DNA from: an uncultured Ignavibacteriaceae bacterium
GTDB lineage: Bacteria; Bacteroidota; Ignavibacteria; Ignavibacteriales; Ignavibacteriaceae
Reading direction: 5' to 3'
Length of the DNA: 64,000 bases
NCBI GenBank assembly: GCA_963812305.1
Contig: CAWEUT010000025.1
Location: 8,930-72,929, forward strand
In this document: in pieces, positions 61,181-64,000 of the stretch
How positions within the stretch are numbered: position 1 is the first letter of the stretch
How the letters are laid out: each line of letters starts with the position of its first letter
Translations under genes and position numbers: made by a program
Notes under the pieces: generated by a model
What the model saw: the letters and a program-made list of their open reading frames with translations, nothing else
What the model was told of the DNA's origin: nothing
Database searches by the model: none

Positions 61181-61320
61181 ATAAAAATGTTGTTTTTGAT
61201 TTATTTAATTTTAATTGAATTTTCATTTAGTTTCCTTTAGCGCTTCCTTGATATTGTCTGTCCACTGTGTAATTCAGTTCAGTTACACCGTGGCAATTTA
61301 AAATCAATGATGTGCGCTTT

Positions 61321-61827
61321 TTAATAAGAATAAATATTAAAACGATAAAAAATTTCATCATCATCATTTAATACTTCTGAGATAACTATTCCATAGTCAT
61401 CAGTTTCAAACCTGAAACCTTCTGTTCCATCATCATTTTCCCAATAATCAGCAGGTTCAAGTCCAGCATCTGCAAGAACTGATGCTATATATAAAGTTCT
61501 CTCTTCTTCGTATGAAAATTCTATTACAATATAATTGTCTTCATCTGAATCAGCATCTACGCGCACATAACACTGATTACCGGGCCATTTTTTATGATAA
61601 GTTATCATATAATGAGTTGTATCATCCTCCTCATCATCTTCATCTATTATATACTCAAAATTATCAAAAGAAAATCCTTTGGACTGCAGGAATTTTTCTA
61701 CTTCTGTTCTTTCACTATCTTCTGCTATTTCAAGCAACTTTATAAAATCATCCAGGTACAGGTATTGTGCATTTGAATTACCAAGTCCCAATAGGAATAC
61801 GAAAAGGAAAACATAATTCTTTATCAT
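61321..61827 (-). CDS. Hypothetical secreted, highly acidic protein
   Basis: 168 aa with a signal peptide (MIKNYVFLFVFLLGLGNSNAQ) and D/E-rich stretches (DEDDEEDDT, DADSDEDN). I recognise no family. Confidence 0.55.
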   Translation of the reverse strand: MIKNYVFLFVFLLGLGNSNAQYLYLDDFIKLLEIAEDSERTEVEKFLQSKGFSFDNFEYIIDEDDEEDDTTHYMITYHKKWPGNQCYVRVDADSDEDNYIVIEFSYEEERTLYIASVLADAGLEPADYWENDDGTEGFRFETDDYGIVISEVLNDDDEIFYRFNIYSY

Positions 61828-62170
61828 AGTGATTTCTCCCTTGAAATAATTGATGAGATTTTTAGAGATGACTTCATTGATTATCTATTCTGCAAAAGTA
61901 ATATATAGATAGAAAAAACATTCTTTAGACTAATGAAAAATAAATTATAATTTCACTATTATCAAAATGAAGACGAATAAGTTTATCAGCGAAGGCGGTC
62001 CGCCACGGCAGATTGAGCAGATAAGATGCTGAGAACGGTTGCGTGCTTTGCATTCGGGCGGGTTTCGAAACACAAAGCTTCAATTTAATACCAAAGTTTC
62101 ATATTAGCATAAAACTTAAAATTGTACGTTAGCTCACTAACACAAAATCCCTGATTGCGGTAGTCCTAAT

Positions 62171-63145
62171 TTACGGATTGTATCCACTCATTGGTAATAT
62201 ATCTTTTATTGAGGTTGTAAAAATATCTTTCCAACTGTCTTCACCATTTTTCTTAACATAGGATTCGCAAATTCGGTAACCCAAAAAGTATCCAATGGCA
62301 CCAGGGCCATCTTTAAATACCTTTTGACCACGGTCAGCAAGTGCCATTGCGTGTTCTGAATTATTTGTGAAAAGAAATGGTTTTAACTTATTAAAAATAG
62401 TGGATTCATTATTAAGACAATAATTTAATTCTTGTTCTGAATATTGAAGGTAGTCTTTCAGATTATATTTTGGACCAAGCAATTTTTCATTCATATAAAC
62501 TGCCAAGCCTTCATTGATAATTCGATAGAGTCCTTTTGCGGTGGTATCTTCTTTGTTTTCAAAATCAAAAATCTGATGGGTCATTTCGTGAGGAAGTATG
62601 AATTTTGTATAATCTAATGATGTCTTGTAATGCGTTAAGTCAAGCACCATTACTCCACCTCCAAACCCACCCAAATCTGTTACACCGCTTCCAAAGGCAA
62701 GATACCATTCTCCTTTTGGGAAGTATCCTGTTGTTTTTTGCATTTTGTCTGCTAAACTTTCAAAATAAATGTCTATGTGTCCATTAGCAAAAAGCACTGC
62801 TTTATTTTCAAGAAGTTTTATGCTGTCTTTCAAAAGTGGCGTAATAATTTCATCAAAATAAGTAATGCTGTCACCAACATAACCAGACCAAAACTTTCTG
62901 AATGGAATATATGTTTTTTCTAGAATCACTTTTCTAAAAGCATCATTTGGCTTGTCTTGATTCTCATAAACCGTCTTTATTTGTATCTTAAAAATATTAT
63001 AGAGTTTCAGGTTGCCGTCATTAATAGAAATACTGTCAGCAAGTTTTAATACTGTCTCATAAGTGGAGTTTGAAATCTTTGTTTGTCCAAATGATTGTAC
63101 AAAAAAGTAAAGAAGTGATATTAACAAGAGTGATTTTATTTTCAT
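62171..63145 (-). CDS. Putative secreted Zn-dependent protease, DUF2268-like
   Basis: 324 aa with a signal peptide, an HExxH motif in FILPHEMTHQIF, and the overall DUF2268-like length. The family assignment is from memory only. Confidence 0.45.
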   Translation of the reverse strand: MKIKSLLLISLLYFFVQSFGQTKISNSTYETVLKLADSISINDGNLKLYNIFKIQIKTVYENQDKPNDAFRKVILEKTYIPFRKFWSGYVGDSITYFDEIITPLLKDSIKLLENKAVLFANGHIDIYFESLADKMQKTTGYFPKGEWYLAFGSGVTDLGGFGGGVMVLDLTHYKTSLDYTKFILPHEMTHQIFDFENKEDTTAKGLYRIINEGLAVYMNEKLLGPKYNLKDYLQYSEQELNYCLNNESTIFNKLKPFLFTNNSEHAMALADRGQKVFKDGPGAIGYFLGYRICESYVKKNGEDSWKDIFTTSIKDILPMSGYNP

Positions 63146-63635
63146 AATTATCAGATTTATTTAAATGGTTACAGCTAGCATAATTCTTTACGCATAGTAA
63201 TAACTGAAATTTAAATATGATTCAAGCAATATTAAAGACTAGTTACAAATTTTAATAATTCATTATTTCTTTAAATAAATTTAATAAAGAATTTTTTGAC
63301 TTCAAGAATTATATTAAACGATCTTTAATTGTTTTCAGCAAAGGCTGAGTTTTTGAGCGGAGAAGTTATTGAACTTGAATCGAAGGGAGGCAAGGGTAGC
63401 GGAACATAGTGAGCACAACCGCATCCTCCCTCTGGTAGGTAAACTGAGCGAGTAAAGGAAATAAAGTACCTTGCCTCTCGGTAGGCAGGCAAAAATAAAA
63501 ATTATCCCAAAGTGATGTCTATGCAAAACTGCAAGCATTTACAGGAACGGAACAGGTTTATTTTTTATCCTAATATTATTTATTTTTGATATGTACTTAG
63601 GAAAGGGTTCCCCCAGCTCTGATACTAAGGCAAGG

Positions 63636-63670
63636 CCCTGAGGCTTCGGTTTCAGGGTTCTTTATATTTT
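63636..63670 (+). terminator. Strong hairpin with a UUCG loop followed by a T-rich tract (orphan terminator or attenuator)
   Basis: ccctgaggc-ttcg-gtttcaggg forms 9 bp including two G-U pairs and is followed by ttctttatatttt. No plus-strand CDS lies upstream. It sits about 160 nt upstream of the ATG at 63830. Confidence 0.5.
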
Positions 63671-63829
63671 CGTTTTGAATTTAAGTCATTATGCAAAAAT
63701 TAGCCCATCAATAATTTATTATTACCTCTTATCATTATGCATCAAATAGACTAATAATTATTTAGAATATTATATCCATTAAAAACCTGAAATATTTAAA
63801 TCTTATAAACAAAATAAGGAAAAATTAAA

Positions 63830-64000
63830 ATGTGTATAAAAAAAGTATTTCTATCTATCGTCGCACTCATCATTTTACTCACCCCAATTTCTAATTCACA
63901 AACCAAGACAGAAAAAATTGATAATCTTATCAATCGATACCTGGAATATCGTCTTTTCAACGGAAGTGCTTTGGTAGCGGAAAATGGTGAAGTGATATTC
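63830..64000 (+). CDS. Serine hydrolase / class C beta-lactamase-family protein, N-terminal fragment (continues beyond the window)
   Basis: ATG 63830 follows aaggaaaa. The product has a signal peptide (MCIKKVFLSIVALIILLTPISNSQ), then IDNLINRYLEYRLFNGSALVAENGEVIF, the usual N-terminal strand of beta-lactamase-fold serine hydrolases. Confidence 0.45.
   Translation, partial: MCIKKVFLSIVALIILLTPISNSQTKTEKIDNLINRYLEYRLFNGSALVAENGEVIF

Noticed and set aside
59244-63829. A complete integron or an integrative element with its recombinase
   Set aside because: No intI-like, tyrosine-recombinase, serine-recombinase or transposase ORF exists in the window on either strand. No duplicate of the tRNA 3' end was seen. 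Only the weaker cassette-array (CALIN-like) hypothesis is retained as a finding.

Overview
Low-GC window whose gene content and synteny (parA-parB-DUF5683, folP-cdaA, Reg_prop/Y_Y_Y sensors) look like the Bacteroidota/Ignavibacteria group; this is an inference, with no rRNA in the window to confirm it. The window has three parts. (1) 2-43735 is a co-directional signalling island of 20 plus-strand genes. Eleven encode SpoIIE/PP2C phosphatases with very different input modules: Reg_prop/Y_Y_Y periplasmic sensors, 7TMR-DISM, REC, GAF-like, a bare coiled coil, and an NTF2-like domain plus five tandem modules. The rest are a 6xGAF histidine kinase with two REC partners, four tandem stand-alone FIST sensor genes, and a DUF6090-like gene. 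The island is bracketed by two STAS (anti-sigma-antagonist type) genes, and no RsbW-type kinase or sigma factor is visible. Nested palindromic REP/MITE-like elements sit in the long spacers and split the island into about six units. (2) 43.9-59.2 kb is ordinary core genome: OmpA/TSP3, NFACT, PASTA, rpe, folP, cdaA, GT2, CHAD, UPF0173 hydrolase, parA, parB, nadB, aroQ, MerR and tRNA-Pro. (3) 59.2-64 kb lies next to the tRNA and is an accessory segment of co-oriented minus-strand genes: a subclass B1 metallo-beta-lactamase, an SRPBCC protein, an acidic secreted protein and a DUF2268-like protease. These genes share 3'-flank motifs, one of which forms an attC-like palindrome. Caveat: at least 14 genes, several of them housekeeping, carry single-base frame disruptions as assembled. 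These are probably sequence errors, so 'pseudogene' below means only that the frame is broken in this sequence. The best candidates for something undescribed are the FIST x4 plus sensor-less PP2C operon and the 11-to-2 phosphatase-to-STAS fan-in.
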